Assembly: GCA_951406725.2 (NCBI GenBank)
Contig: OX597816.1
Span: 46,748,001-46,812,000, forward strand
Source: Octopus vulgaris
Taxonomy: Eukaryota
Direction: 5' to 3'
DNA: 64,000 nucleotides
Shown piece after piece: positions 1-13,738 of this stretch. The notes below the pieces were generated by a model. That model was not told the origin of the DNA, ran no database searches, and saw only the letters and a list, made by a program, of their open reading frames with translations. A program made the position numbers and the translations under genes. The number at the start of each line of letters is the position of its first letter. Position 1 is the stretch's first letter.

Positions 1-447
1 CAGATGTTGATTTGGATTTTATCATGAAGTTCTTGTTAACACCTAACATTATTGGCACTAAATCATTTTATGGGTATTTAAACAGAACCCTTCCTCTCAA
101 AAATAAACTGGTTTATCTTTGGTGATGGGACTATGCCATGCTTTTGTATTGTAAGCAGCAGCAGGTTGAACAAAGCCGATTGTGTCAGGCTTGCTGAATG
201 AAATGGAGGCAGGAGGTACACATACACATCAACACACTATATACACAACCTGACTTTCTCTACTTCATTACTTGGCCACTTTGTTGATAATTTTCTTTTA
301 CTGTTAATTTTTTTTGTTTTTTTTTTTCCTTTCTTTTGAGTTTGAATACAAAATGTGAGTGCTTGATACATTGTACTGTTGTTTCAGTTCATATATAAAC
401 ATAAAAATATTCTTGACAATTACAATTCCAAAAAGAATTACATACAT

Positions 448-478
<31 letters not shown>

Positions 479-494
479 CTATATATACTATATA

Positions 495-802
495 TACTAT
501 ATTTGTCCTCGCGTTGTTGTGTTTTTTTGTGCTTTCTTGTTTGGATTAACTTTATATATATATATATATATATATATTTGTGCTTTCTTGTTTGGATTAA
601 CTTTATATATATATATATATATAAAGTTAATCCAAACAAGAAAGCACAAAAAAACAACAACGCGAGGACAAATATAGTATTATTGGACACTCAGGAAAGA
701 AGGAGGGTTTAACGTTTCAAGCGGAGCTCTTCGTCGGAAACATAGACGGAAAGATCCAGAGAAAAAAAATCGCCAACAGTACACACGCAGTCACATTTTG
801 AA
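495..802 (-). mobile_element. Penelope-like element terminal fragment(s) in inverted arrangement around (TA)n, with a variant hammerhead motif
   Basis: About 502-555 (+) is the reverse complement of about 620-672. The same family occurs at 38050-38275 (+). A minimal hammerhead-like motif lies at 707-741 (-). Confidence 0.6.
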
Positions 803-2405
803 TGTGTGTATACACACACACACACACACACACACTCATGCATACACCCAAAAGCCAAGCACACATCCACACAGACATGTCAGTATAGATATATTTATGC
901 GCACACATATACCAAGGAAAGAGAGTAAGGTGTGTGTATGTTTATTTTTTACTATTTTTTTAAACCTGGCTATATAAACATGTATATACAAATATGTGAT
1001 ATTTTTAACTCCCTATACACTAAATGCTATTTTGAAGCAACTATTGTCTTTGATATTATGAGAAAATAAAAGGCATGGTGCATGAACATTTGCATAAACT
1101 GCATTTCAGATAGGCTGTTAGTCACATAATAAACAGATTGTGCAACCTGCACATAGCAACTTGTGGTTGCTATGTGCATATTCTTTTCATATATTTTTGT
1201 TTTGTTTATCTACAGTTTATATTGTACTCATTTACTTCTTATCGATTCTCATTCATCCTGAACATTCGGCAGTTTAATGGCAGTAAAATGACATGGGCAT
1301 CTTTGATGAATAAATTCATTTGCATAGAAAGAATCTAAGCTTGAGCACAGGCATATGTTGTTTATAAATAAATAAAACCCATATATTTGTATGAAGCACT
1401 AGCAGAAGATTTGAGATCATGGTATCAAATCTAGGAAAGACTTGTTAACAATGTAGGAGAAATAAATTTACTAAGTTTTGATTGAGCTAATGTTTGGTGC
1501 TATAAAACTACCTGACTTGAAGTGGTCAGTGGTAGACACAGTTTTAGTGTTTTGTCATTTATCTCAAAAGATTACTTGTACATGCTGTACTTAATCCTAG
1601 TGATGGAAGTTGGGAGCGGGGATGTTTGAAAAACTGAGGTGACTGAAGTGGGGAAATTCTGGGTTTGAATCCTATGCAATGACTTGTTTTTCTAGGAATT
1701 ACATCTCGTAACATCTTGCCTCAGCACATGAAACAATACAGGTGTGGGGGTAGTTCAGAGAGATTTGGCCACTCTTTTAACAGATCTTAACATGTAGAAA
1801 CTTGATTAGAAGTGAAGTGTGTGTGTGTGTGTGTGTTATTTAAAATGGAAATATTTAGCTCATACATAAATAACAAACCATTTGTTATTATGCATTCATT
1901 ACTTATTTGTGTTCGCTAGAATTTCATTTATTTCTCCCAAAATGGTCCTTAGTTAACCAGTACTGTATATTATTTATTATATTTAGCATGCCAGGCTAAA
2001 TGCTTACTGGCATTTTGTTCGTCCTTACATTTTGAATTCAAATTCTGCCTAGGTCGACTTTGCATTTCATCCTTTCAGGGTTGGTAAAATAAGTAGCAGT
2101 GGAACATTGGGATTGATGTAATCAACTAGTCTCCCCCCAAAAAAAAAATTTCAGGCCTTGTGCTTTTAGTAGAAAGTATTATTAAATGCCAGGGAAAATG
2201 CTCAGTGGCATTTTGTCCATCCTTATGTTCTGAGCTCAAATTCCACCGAGGTTGACTTCGCCTTTCATCCTTTCGGGGTCAATAAAACAAGTACCAGTAG
2301 AGCACTGGGGTCACTGTAATCGACTTTCCTCCCCCCCCCCCCAAATTAATGACTTTGCACTAAAGTTTGAAACTTGTTGTTGTTATTATGTTTTCCTATT
2401 TTTAG

Positions 2406-2561
2406 GCACCACTCTATCCCACAGTCAGTGATGAAGCTACAGAACCAGCTCTTCAGTGGTCAGGTGAAATGGAGTTTGAAGAGGAATTATCACCTGTGTC
2501 TGCCAACAACACTATAATCACACAAGTTGTTGCAAAGCAGAGTGATGAAGATTCTGGAAAG
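2406..2561 (+). CDS. KASH-domain (klarsicht/nesprin-like) gene, first visible coding exon (internal, phase 0-0)
   Basis: tttttag| acceptor and aag|gtaaag donor. 156 nt open: APLYPTVSDEATEPALQWSGEMEFEEELSPVSANNTIITQVVAKQSDEDSGK. Phase-compatible with the next exon; linkage across the 9.2-kb intron is inferred. Confidence 0.75.
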
Positions 2562-2976
2562 GTAAAGATTTACAAAAAATTTTTTTTTTTAAATTGAAAT
2601 ACTGGGAGGGCAAAGTACAAATAATAATTCAGGTGGTGTTAGGGTCGACAGTGAGGGATAATATAAGAGATTTAGGCATGTGAGCATGAATATTTATGAT
2701 TAAATCTTTAACTTTTAATTCCTCAGCTTTATTTGCTTGTAATTTCATTGAATAGCAGGAGGTAGAAGTGAATATTTACCCTAGTAGTTCCTAATGTCTT
2801 CTATTATAGCCCCTGGCTCACCAATGTATTGTGTGTGAATTTGAAAGGCAGACGATGCATAGAAGGCTATCATGTGTGTGTGTGTTTCTTTGTGTTTGTC
2901 CATCCTCCCGCTACTTGACAGCTGGTGTTGGTTTGTTTGCATCCCCATAACCAGGCCGTTCTGCAAGTAAGACTGC

Positions 2977-3178
2977 CGTTCAAGAATTTGGACCTGGAGA
3001 TCTCCATTTCCAGCGACTTCAAGGGCCACCTCCCAGTGGTGTCGGGCGTCAACAAAGAGCCCTCGACTACAACAAGACGACCAAAGTTTTTTTTTTTCCC
3101 CCCAAGGTCTGGGGTCTCCCGCCCCTAAGCCCAAGACAATCACCTAATCACCCTTACCCATCTTGTTGCTTAATAACA
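2977..3178 (+). mobile_element. 202-bp GC-rich insertion with 14-bp target-site duplication inside a SINE
   Basis: gcaagtaagactgc at 2963-2976 and 3179-3192. SINE A sequence resumes after the second copy. Confidence 0.8.
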
Positions 3179-6100
3179 GCAAGTAAGACTGCTAGAATAA
3201 GTATCAGGCTTTAAGAAAAAAGAGTACTAGGGTTGATTTGCTCAACTAAACCCTTCAAGACAATGCCCCTTGTTACATCACACAGGGACACCAGTATTTA
3301 GGAACCACTGATATTGTCAGTTACTTCATGGTTAAAATTGTTGCTAGACCAATGGAATTGTTGAAGTACCATATTTGATGGCATAAAAGACACATGGGCG
3401 TATTAAATACACCCCAACTTTTGTTGTGCATATTCAGGAAAAAACCATTTTTATTGCATTAAGTGTACCTGGCATGACTTTTTGAGTCTTTCTTTCTATG
3501 GGAAAAAGTGTGCATCTTAAAATGCCATTGAATACAGTAAATAACAAATTATTGTAAATTCTTTATAAGAATAATCTAGTGTGATACATAATTCTTTTAA
3601 ATTTAATTTACACTGGCATATGTAGGTTGACTTTAAATGTTGTCATTCAGGAGTTGGTGAAATGAATACCAGTAATATGATTATATTACAAAGATATATC
3701 TTACCCATGCCAACATGGAAACTGATATTAAGGAATGATGATGATGACAATACTTAATTACACTGAAAATAGCTTGTTTTCCAATATAAATTATTAACTG
3801 CTGCTGAGTATATTGTTTTACCTTAGCACCTATATCTAAAGTAGCCAGATGATCACATTCAACTGACCTACAAACTTCATGGATTTTTTTTCATTAATCA
3901 CAGTATGCAAATCTATGAATTACTTATAAGTTGTGTATCTATATGGATGAAATGTCTAGTTGCTTGGCCTCCTAGAATTAGCTGCCATATCTCCCTTATA
4001 ACCACACTGCTGTCTTTAAAAAATGTAAAGCACATTGGCATAATGACTCTCCCAAAACAACAAAACATTGAGCATTGTGTTTCAATAATGGATAATGTGT
4101 ACCAATAGGCAGCATGGTGGCAGAATTATTAAAGCAACAGACAATGCTCTGTTATTCCATTCCAGCTCTTTACCTTTCACCTTACTCTGAAACAAAAGAA
4201 AAGGTGAAATTTTAAATCTTGTGAATGAGGATTTATGCTCATTGTTTATTTATTTCTATCTGATCTTCAACTATAAAAAAAAAATTTTTTAACTAAATCC
4301 AACACCACTTAGTTTCCAAGGCAATTGCAAGTCCTTTCTCCTATAGCTGTTATTCCAAGTTGGTAAAGAATAGAAAGTTTTTTTTCTATGCTAACCCTCT
4401 CTGTATGTCATGCAAATTGTTTTAGCGATAAGAACAGGAAACGGTTTAGATTTAACTTTAATAAATGAGGTTCCATTAGAGAACATCCAACTATTGCATA
4501 TTTGTTTTATCTATATCAGTGTCTATTTATTATAGGAAATGGATGTAAGACTTGAACAAAATAAGATTTTCACAAAGTTAAACAGCTAAATCAAAACATG
4601 TATCTTAACCATTTAGCATTCAGGTTTTATAGGTGCGGGCATGGCTGTGTGGTTAGGGAGCTTGCTTCCTAGCTACATGGTTTCGTGTTCAGTCCCACTG
4701 CGTGGCACTTTGGATAGGTGTCTTCCACTATAGCCCCGAGCCGACCGGAGCTTTGTGATTGAATTCGGTAGGTGGGAGTTACTGCCGTGTGTGTATGTGT
4801 GCGTATAGCTGCTCAGTGCCTCTCCGAAAGAGAGAAAGGGATTACTTTGTCAAATGTAATGCTTATTTGTTCACATCATTCTGTATTAATCATGTATTAT
4901 CTTGTAGCTCTAAAATTTTGATGTGATTCTAAACTTTTAGAATGATATTGTAGGGTAGGTATAAGAGGCCAGATCTGGCCAGGTTAAACATATAACAGAA
5001 TATTTGAGCCAGATATGATCGGTTTAAATGTTAAAAGTTTGAAGCAGATATGTACTTCAACAAGATACAACTGTCTTTTATACTTATGTGTCCATATGTA
5101 TTTTCTATAAATTATTTAGCTGTGTATCTATGTATAAATGAAAAGTGGTATAATACTAAAGGGGCCAGCCACTTCCACTTACTTGGCCTTCTAGAAATAG
5201 CAGCCATATCTCTCTTATATCACAGGGATGTTTTTAAAAAATTGTAGCACACATTGATAAAAGTCAGGATGGTCATGGCTAGAACATCTTTGCTGACACA
5301 TTTGATAAATCATTGTTGGCCAGGGACTTGATTAGCAACTAATTGGGTATCCCTGTTAAGTGGAAATGAAATCCTTATAAATGGCTTGTCATCTTAACTG
5401 AACTGGGGCCTGCAAATCATTCCCCACCCTAAGAGTTCAAAAGTCATGTTTTCAGTTAGATGTCTACATGAACTGTTAGCTCATGACTAGGTAGGTGTGC
5501 TATTACTACTATTAGATAGGAAGAGATGTAAACTTAGATACTTTCAGTATGTTCTCAGCCTGCTCTGTTGGCCTACTGTCACCTTCACTGACCTGTTTAT
5601 TGTTTCATGTACTTTGTTTGGGTTCTTTTGTCAAAACCTGTTGCCTCCTCTGCCTTTTTTTTTTGGCATGAGACACACAGACCTTTTCATGAACACTTTT
5701 ACTCCCTTCCCCCACGCACACGCACACTCTTCAACTTTCACATATACATACACAGACAAGCCTGTATTAACTTCTTAGACATGAACATGATTCCTTTCAT
5801 ACAGGTATATACACAATACACTGTACCAGCAATAAAGATATTTTCATTTTGAATAGGATAAACTACTAAATTATTAATTATGTTTGTAAGTTCTACTCAA
5901 CTATTGCAGCATTTAAACCAACTCCGATCTAAAATAACACTGGCTTTAATTTTGAACAATAAACACACTTTGAAAATTTTGGGAGATAATTTTTTTTTTC
6001 TATGACTTGATTGATCATCAGAGGGGAAAGTGCAGTACCCATGACTGATAGGAGTAAGTTATCCCCAGGTCAGGGACATGGTAATGGTTTGAAGTTGTGT

Positions 6101-6745
6101 TAAACCATGAATTAAGCCTTACCACCCACAAACAGGGATAGTCTCTTCAAAACATTTCTACACAATTTCCCTCTGCTAAATTTCACTTGCATGACTGGTT
6201 GATTTGATGCTGCATGTGTGTTTGTTTGTATTAAACCTTTTAGCATATCTGGCCCAGATATTTTATTTGCTTTTATGTTCAAACCTACCAGGTTCAGCCT
6301 CTCACACTTACAATGTCATTCAAAAAATAAACAATCCCATCATCAAAATCTCAAAAGCTATGCAACAATACATGATTAATTCAAAACAATGTGAATAAAT
6401 AAGCATTACATTTGACAGTAATCTGAATGCTTAAGGGTCAAAGCAGTCATGGACAAACTGTGGCCCTTGGCTTTCTGAATGGTATGCTTAGCGACAAATG
6501 ACCTTGAGTTTTTTTTAATTTTTGATAGTGCAACCCACCTGATGCTGGACCATATCTCATGCCATCCACATCTCATAAAAATATAGGCCTCTGCCTATAT
6601 TTAAATAGCACCAATAGGCAGCATGTTGGCATAGTTATTAGATTAACAAATAGAATGCCCTATGGTATTAATTCCTGCTCTCTACATCTGCTCTGAGCTT
6701 CAATCCTGCTAAATTCAACTCTGCCTTAATTCCTTTAAACCCTCA

Positions 6746-6746
6746 C

Positions 6747-6805
<59 letters not shown>
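6746..6805. repeat. Compound (CT)n(CA)n microsatellite, representative of dozens of TA/CA/CAT tracts in the window
   Basis: Directly visible. Confidence 0.95.
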
Positions 6806-6809
<4 letters not shown>

Positions 6810-8665
6810 TATGTTGTGTTCAGAGCTGGAGAGATGGGGTTTGGCCAGTATTAAAATGCCAAAAGTCATGACAGTATGTCAGTGGCTCCCACTGGGTGTT
6901 AAGGGCCCAGAGAAGTGTTATTAAATAAATAAAAATTCAGCCTTATCCATCTGGAATTTGTCCAATGCAGAATTGGCAGCAAAATCTGGGGTGATGGTGC
7001 TTGGATTAGATTCCTACTGACTTGTTTCAGTATTCAAAATGTCATTAGGATTCACTCTTGCTGCTTCTGTGATTAGAAGGAAAATTCAACAGAATAATTT
7101 CAGATAACTATAAAATGGTTTAAATAGGACAGTGATTCAGAGAAAAAAAATACAGAATTAATGTGGGTGGTTAAAAATATGCTGAATTGAAGGAGTAGTA
7201 ACCTAAGTGAAGTTTATCCAAGCATAGACATTCCTCGTGTTTATAAACTTTGCAGTTAAATTAATAGAATGGTATGTTTATGTGTCCTGTATAATTTCCA
7301 TTTTTATGTAAAAAAAAAAAAAAAAAAAAAATGTTGTTGAACAAGTTGTGCTTTCATCTTTAACAGTTTACTTGTTATAGACATTGAACCCTGCCCATGC
7401 TGAAGCACCACCTTGTATGGTTTAGTTAAGTAAACCAGCAACAGTACTTATTTAAAGCCTGTTGCTTATTCTATCAGTTTCTTTTGTCAAACCAAGTTAT
7501 GGAAATGTAAACAAACCAACACAAGTTGTCGACCTATGGTGCAAGATAAACACTAAGGCTCATATATATATATATGTGTGTGTGTGTATATATTGTGTGT
7601 GTGTGTTTGTGTATACACACACACACCAAGGCCTCCACAATTTGCATCTGACAAATTCACTCATAAGGCATTGTGTGTCACACAGCTTTTGTAGAATTCA
7701 TTTGCCCAAGGTGTCACACAGTGGGACTGAACCAAAACCGCAAGATTGCAAAGCAGACTTCTTAACCACATAACCATGTCTGCACCTGTTATAGAGAATA
7801 ATTTGAGATTTTTGTTATTTATTTTATTGCTGACAGCACTTTGTGCAAATGTCTTCTACTACAGCCCTAGACCAGCCAAAGTCTTGTAAGTGGATTTGGT
7901 AGACAGAACCTGAAAGCAGCCCGTTTGTGTGTATGTATATATCTGTGTGTGTCTGCATTTGTCCCTAACAACTGCTTGATGACAAGTGCCTTTATGACAT
8001 AACCAAAAACACTATACAGGCAATATATTGGCCTAAAAGTGTAACCTATTGTTATTTGGCAGTTAACTTATAGGATTTTTTGCTATATGTATTAAAAAAT
8101 GTACTAAAAGGGGTTAAGGTGGTATTTGAAACATAACTGTTGGCAGTTAATTTTCCTGTAATTTATCAATAAATTTAACTGTTTCATAACCGTCAATTCT
8201 GTCCTTGGTGAACTAACAATAACGTGGGTACGGGCAAACTTATTCAAGAGGAAATAAATTCAAGCTTAGTTATGTATTATCCTGTAATTTGCCTTCAAAC
8301 CAAGTTTATGGTTTTTACCATTGTTCAGTATTTGGAGGAGATAAATACTTGTTTTGCTTTGCTTTTTTCTCCCATCCCCAAACACACTTTTTGTTGGAAT
8401 AAAAGCTAAGTAACCCCTAATACCAACCAGTATGCTGCCATTTTTTTTTTCTTTCTAGCCTTTAGCTATTCTATACCCTTTAATTTCCCTTGTAGTATGA
8501 ATTTCATGACAGGCTGACAATCTACCTCTACAAATATATGTGTGTCTTTATGTTCAAAGAAGAGAAAAACAACATTCACTCAGAACAAGTTGTTTTACTA
8601 TTTATTTTCCTTTGCAATATACATATCTCAAAAGTCTTTGTCCTTCACACACACACACACATATA

Positions 8666-8890
8666 CACAGAGTGCAGTGAATAAACTGACGTCTAAATTA
8701 CGCAAAATGAAAATAACACTGACATCTCATTTTAAGATACATTTACCAAAATTACATAGCAATATCTTGAAACACTAAAAAATAAATTTATTCAACAAAA
8801 TCGCCAATGGCTTCAACCACAGCCTCCAGACGACTTCAGAACCTCCTGCAACTCTTCTGGGCGGTCTCCTTGTTTAAGTTGGTGAATGTA
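8666..8890 (-). mobile_element. Tc1/mariner transposon 3' relic
   Basis: Minus-strand NKETAQKSCRRF*SRLEAVVEAIGDFVE* resembles a transposase C-terminus; cagagtg.. end next to TA-rich sequence. Confidence 0.65.
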
Positions 8891-11777
8891 ATTCAGGCTC
8901 TAAATATTCATGAATAGTTCAGACTCTAATTATGTATAAATAACTCAGTCAGAATTTACCACTATGATTTTTTAGTTCAATCAACTGATCAACCTGTCCA
9001 TTGAATTAGCATGTAGCTTGTTGAGTATTCCACAGTTACATGTATCATTAATGTAATCCCCAAGGAGATTGAGCATGTGACAAAGCTGGACCTCTGGATT
9101 ACAGGTGTGATCTATCCAGCAAGCTTCCACAGATTCTGTCCATTTAATTTTACTTAAATCTTGGGTCAATCCAAGGATATTGTAAAAAGACACTTGCCCA
9201 AGATACCACACTGTGAGATTGAACCCAGATGCCTGTAGTTGCAAAGTAAACATTTTAACCATTGAGTATAAATAAGAATAAAATGGTATTGCATATTAAA
9301 TTGAAATCTATATATATATGTTATGTTACAATGCAGTAAATATAGTTTAAAATTGTTGTATTTTAATTTATATAAAAGCAATATATTTATTGATTGTTGA
9401 ACCGTAAATGGGAGTGTGTGCGCCATTGTACTACATACGTCAAGCACCTAGTGTAAAGTGAAAGGCATGCCAGTTATTGTATAGTAACTATAATGCTGCT
9501 CATCTGAACTGTAACTTGTGTAGCTAATGTAAATGGGGTGTGTGGTTAGTGTTAGGTGTTGAGGGCACGTGGCCTAGTGGTTAGTGTGTTACACTCATGA
9601 TCAGAAGATTGTGATCTTGATTTTTGGATTGGGTGGTGTGTTGTGCTCTTGGGCGAAACACTTCATCTCACATTGCTTTCTGATCTCTGGAATATCTGAC
9701 ATGTGTTACACCATTCACCTGTACAGACAATGTCAGTTTGATGATGGGACTAAGATGATGTACAACACAAACATTTGATTGTGACAAACAAATCATCTGT
9801 GCAAGTTGTCCAGCAGGAAATGGTGGTATCATCTTTCTTGAACTTAAGAGACTACCAAGAAGTTTTGGATAGACTGCCTTGCAGTATTTTCCCCGACTAC
9901 TTACACCCTGAGTTCAAATCTGACTTTGGTCAGCCAACGTTGCCTTTTGTCTTTTACAGTCAATAAAATCAGTTCCAATCCAGGGGCTGTGGATTGATGG
10001 GATTGATAAAATGTCAGATTGGCAGCCTTGCAGTATCTGTTCATGTTCTCTGTGTTGTGACAGCAACACCTGTGACAAAACTACATAGACCCTAAGCAGC
10101 AACTTTTTCTTTGAACAACCTTCAGTGGCCTGGAGAGGAGAGGCTTGCATGCTCAGGAAGTTACTTGTCTCACACAGAAACACCTTAGGCCTGTGCATAT
10201 GCGTAAAGATGCTTGGTCAACATTGACTGACAGAACCTTAGAATGAATGGATTGATGAATAGGTAAGTCTTATATAGCAGTCTTAATATAACTAGAACCA
10301 ATGACAGCATGAGATGTGACCTGACCAGAGGTGAATTAAAAGCAACATCAGTCAAGCAAAGAAGAAAACTGCCACATGCTCATTCAGCCTGCTAGAAACT
10401 GCTGCTCAATCTCCTTCATGCCATACTTGATCTCATCTTTAAAAAAAAAAAAAAAGAGAAAACAAAAAAGAAATACTTATTGGATTAATGTAGTCCTTGA
10501 AAACCAGATAGGATTGTCTTTGATAATAGATTAGCAATGACAGAGGAAATGTGCTTTAAATAAGGACAACAGCAGTTGTAGTCAAAATGCTGCTGCCTTT
10601 CAGTCACTACCTCCTCTCACCACTACTTTTTTTTCATTACATTTGACCTGTTGCATAGTACATGAAATCTAGCCCCCTTAATCAGCTATTTCCTGTTCCT
10701 GTACAAAAGGAATCACCTGTGCCTTTCAACAGGAAAACATTTTTTTTCCTTTTTTTTTTTTTTTTTTTTCATGTAAATTATATTTAAGCATGACTTCCAC
10801 CCTGCTTTACCCTATTCACCCTCATTCTAACAAGGATTATAATTTTATCGCATTTATTTTGATGTTTTTGAATGCAATCTTACACGTGTAAATTTGTGTG
10901 TGCACTTACATGCATTTATCTAATCCAATTAACATTTATGCACCCACTTAAACACATATGCACACATGTGCACACACACACTTATATATGCATGGGCATT
11001 CACATATCTGATCCCTATGTCTAATTATGGCTGTAAAAATGTGGATGGTTAAAAATATGTACAATATATCATCATCATCATATCACTTAACATCCACTTT
11101 CCCAATCTGGCATGGGTTGGCTGGAAACTTATTCATGGTGAGATTTTATAGCAAGATGCTCTTCTCTTATGTTTTTATATCTATATTCCCATTTACACAT
11201 ACATTTGCAGATACTGAGACATATACTCATAGGGAAACGCTCACACACAAACGTTCACAAGAATTTGTGCAATAATTTGTTTACAAGAATTTAGTGATAT
11301 GTTATCCATCTATTTTTACCATATATGCATGACTCAATGAAGAAGCATCTACATAATTGCTCAGCCTGCTAGAAGTAGCTGCCAAATCTTTCTCAAATCA
11401 CATTGCATTGTCTTAGAAACAAACACCATAAATGATGTGGTGTTGGTTTTACAGCACATGGAATCATCACACCTGGATTACTTTTGGTCATAGGTTTGCT
11501 TAATCAAGGCTGGCTTAGGTGTCAATGATGATGTATACTCACCTGCTTGCTACCTTTAAAATGTTCAGCCACTATTTTTTCTTCTACATTCTAAATCTAT
11601 TCACTGCTAAGTAACTACCCAGTTGCCCACCAATTTGCTTCTTGTTTATGTCTTTACCTACATATATACACACACATACACACATGTCTGTGTCAGACTG
11701 TCTGTCTGTACACAATCATGTCACCCTTTACACTGATGCTGACAAAACCTTTGTTTTTTTTTTTTTTTCTTCTACAG

Positions 11778-11930
11778 TGCTCCCGCTTAGCACCGTGTGA
11801 TGATAGTGACTCTGATCTGGATGACTTTTACCATGTTCTGGACGAATCTTCCAACCAACTGAAAGTCACAGATCATGCGTTACAAAAGAAAAAGAAAGAC
11901 ACAGGCTTGTATTTGAACACCGGCCGATAT
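11778..11930 (+). CDS. KASH-domain gene exon (phase 0-0)
   Basis: Long poly-T tract + ctacag| acceptor, |gtaagt donor. 153 nt: CSRLAPCDDSDSDLDDFYHVLDESSNQLKVTDHALQKKKKDTGLYLNTGRY. Confidence 0.88.
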
Positions 11931-13629
11931 GTAAGTCTTGCCTATTATTATTATTATTTTTGTTGTTGTCGTTCTCCTTCTCCACCTCCTCCTCTTTTGC
12001 TGCCAACTTTGCCTTTCATCCTTTTGGAGTCAACAAAATAAGTACAGTTGAGCACAGAGGTCAAGAAAACTGGCTTTTCTCTCTCCCAAAATAGCTGGCC
12101 TTGTACCAAAATTTGAAACCAAAGTAAGTACTAGTTGAATGCAGGGGTCAATGTAATAGACTAGTCACCTCTCCTAAAATTGCTGACCTTGTGCCAAAAT
12201 TGGAATCTTTTTTTTTTTATAGAAATACCTTGCAATATTCTTCCAGTTCTTTATGTCCAGAATCTAATTTCAAGAACAGTCAACTTCACCTTGGTGTGTG
12301 AGGGTAGGTTTAAAATATAGTACCCCAGCAAGTACTGGGGTTGATGGTATCAACTGACCTCCCTTTAACCAATTTGCAGGCCTTGTATCTTATTTAGAAA
12401 TTATCAGATGGGTGATGGATAGGCTGAATCATTAGAGTATTGGAAGAAATATCTGATATTTGGTTCCAGTTCTTTAACCCTTTCATTACCAACCTGGCTG
12501 AAACCAGCTCTGGCTCTGAGTACAAATCTTCCGCCAAACCTTAGTCACAATTTGTTCCTAACACTAGCTGAATGATAACTAAGTTATTTTTTTCTAAATT
12601 CTTTAGTTATATTTAAAGTAATTGAAAGAAATACTGAGCATCTCATAATAAATACGAGTGGTTTGTGGTAAGTAGCTTGCTTACCAACAACATGGTTCCG
12701 GGTTCAGTCCCACTGCGTGGCACCTTGGGCAAGTGTCTTCTACTATAGCCTTGGGCCGACCAAAGCCTTGTGAGTGGATTTGGTAGACGGAAACTGAAAG
12801 TAGCCCGTCGTATATATGTATGTATATGCGTGTGTGTGTTTGCGTGTTTGTCCCCTTAGCATTGCTTGACAACTGATACTGGTGTGTTTATGTCCCCGTT
12901 ACTTAGCGGTTCGGCAAAAGAGACCGATAGAATAAGTACTGGGCTTACAAAAGAATTGCATTGTCTTTTCCTCAGAGACATAACAGAATGTCTGGAGAAA
13001 AGGCTACAAATTTGCAACCTTTGTGCTAGGAAGCCAGCGACTGATCCCTTTGATAATTGTATTTCCCCTCTAGTGAATAAAAATCGAATTCCATCCATTA
13101 GATGTCAGTATGTGTTTCTAAGCATTCACACAAGAATGTACACCAATGTTGAGAACAGAACTGTTCTTGTATGTATATGTGGGCCACAATTGTTGCACAG
13201 TACAATTTATTTTACTCTTGTCTTTATTGCCTAGACATCTGCTGGCACCTGGCTCTGTGGTTAGAGCATCGGGCTCGCAATCATGAGGTAGTGAATTTGA
13301 TTCCCAGTCCAGGTTGTGTGTTGTGTTCTCTTGAGCAAGACACTTTATTTCACCTTGCTTCAGTTCACTCAGCTGTAGAAATGAGTTGCAACTTGGATAA
13401 CAACGGTGGTGTGAAAAAGGGTTGGCCGATATGCATGGGCAACTGCCAGTCTTCCATAAACAACCTTGCCCAAACTTGTGCCTTGGAGGGTAACTTTCTA
13501 GATGCAACCCCATGATCATTCTTGACTGAAAGGAGTCTTTACTGTTTTAAACACCTGCCTAAATGCTTTCTCCTTTTATCTGTCTACCTAGTTATTTATC
13601 TTTTTCTATATTTATCCCTTTCTCTGCAG

Positions 13630-13738
13630 ACTGAACTGCTGGCTACTTGTCAGACCAATATTAAGTGCCTAGAAGTCATCTACCAGCACCTGAACAGCGC
13701 CTCACCTGTAAGCAAGGATGACTTGGACCGAATGCAAG
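13630..13738 (+). CDS. KASH-domain gene exon (phase 0-1)
   Basis: tctctgcag| acceptor, g|gtaata donor. 109 nt: TELLATCQTNIKCLEVIYQHLNSASPVSKDDLDRMQ-G. Confidence 0.88.

Noticed and set aside
304-908. ORFs rich in YI/CV/HT repeats (also about 26800-28300, 31000, 40400, 57000)
   Set aside because: They are translations of (TA)n, (TG)n and (CA)n microsatellites and SINE bodies, with no splice or codon evidence.
2448-2480. LQWSGE as a kinesin-light-chain-binding LEWD-like motif
   Set aside because: It lacks the acidic residues directly flanking Trp, so the similarity is too weak to claim.
10064-10262. AG...GTAAGT-bounded segment in the large KASH-gene intron
   Set aside because: Stops in all three frames. 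It could only be a non-coding or poison exon, and nothing in the sequence supports that.
12976-13108. Exon-like segment (cctcag|...ca|gtatgt, DITECLEKRLQICNLC...)
   Set aside because: The open frame needs phase 2-2, whereas the flanking exons join in phase 0. The phase-0 reading has a stop.
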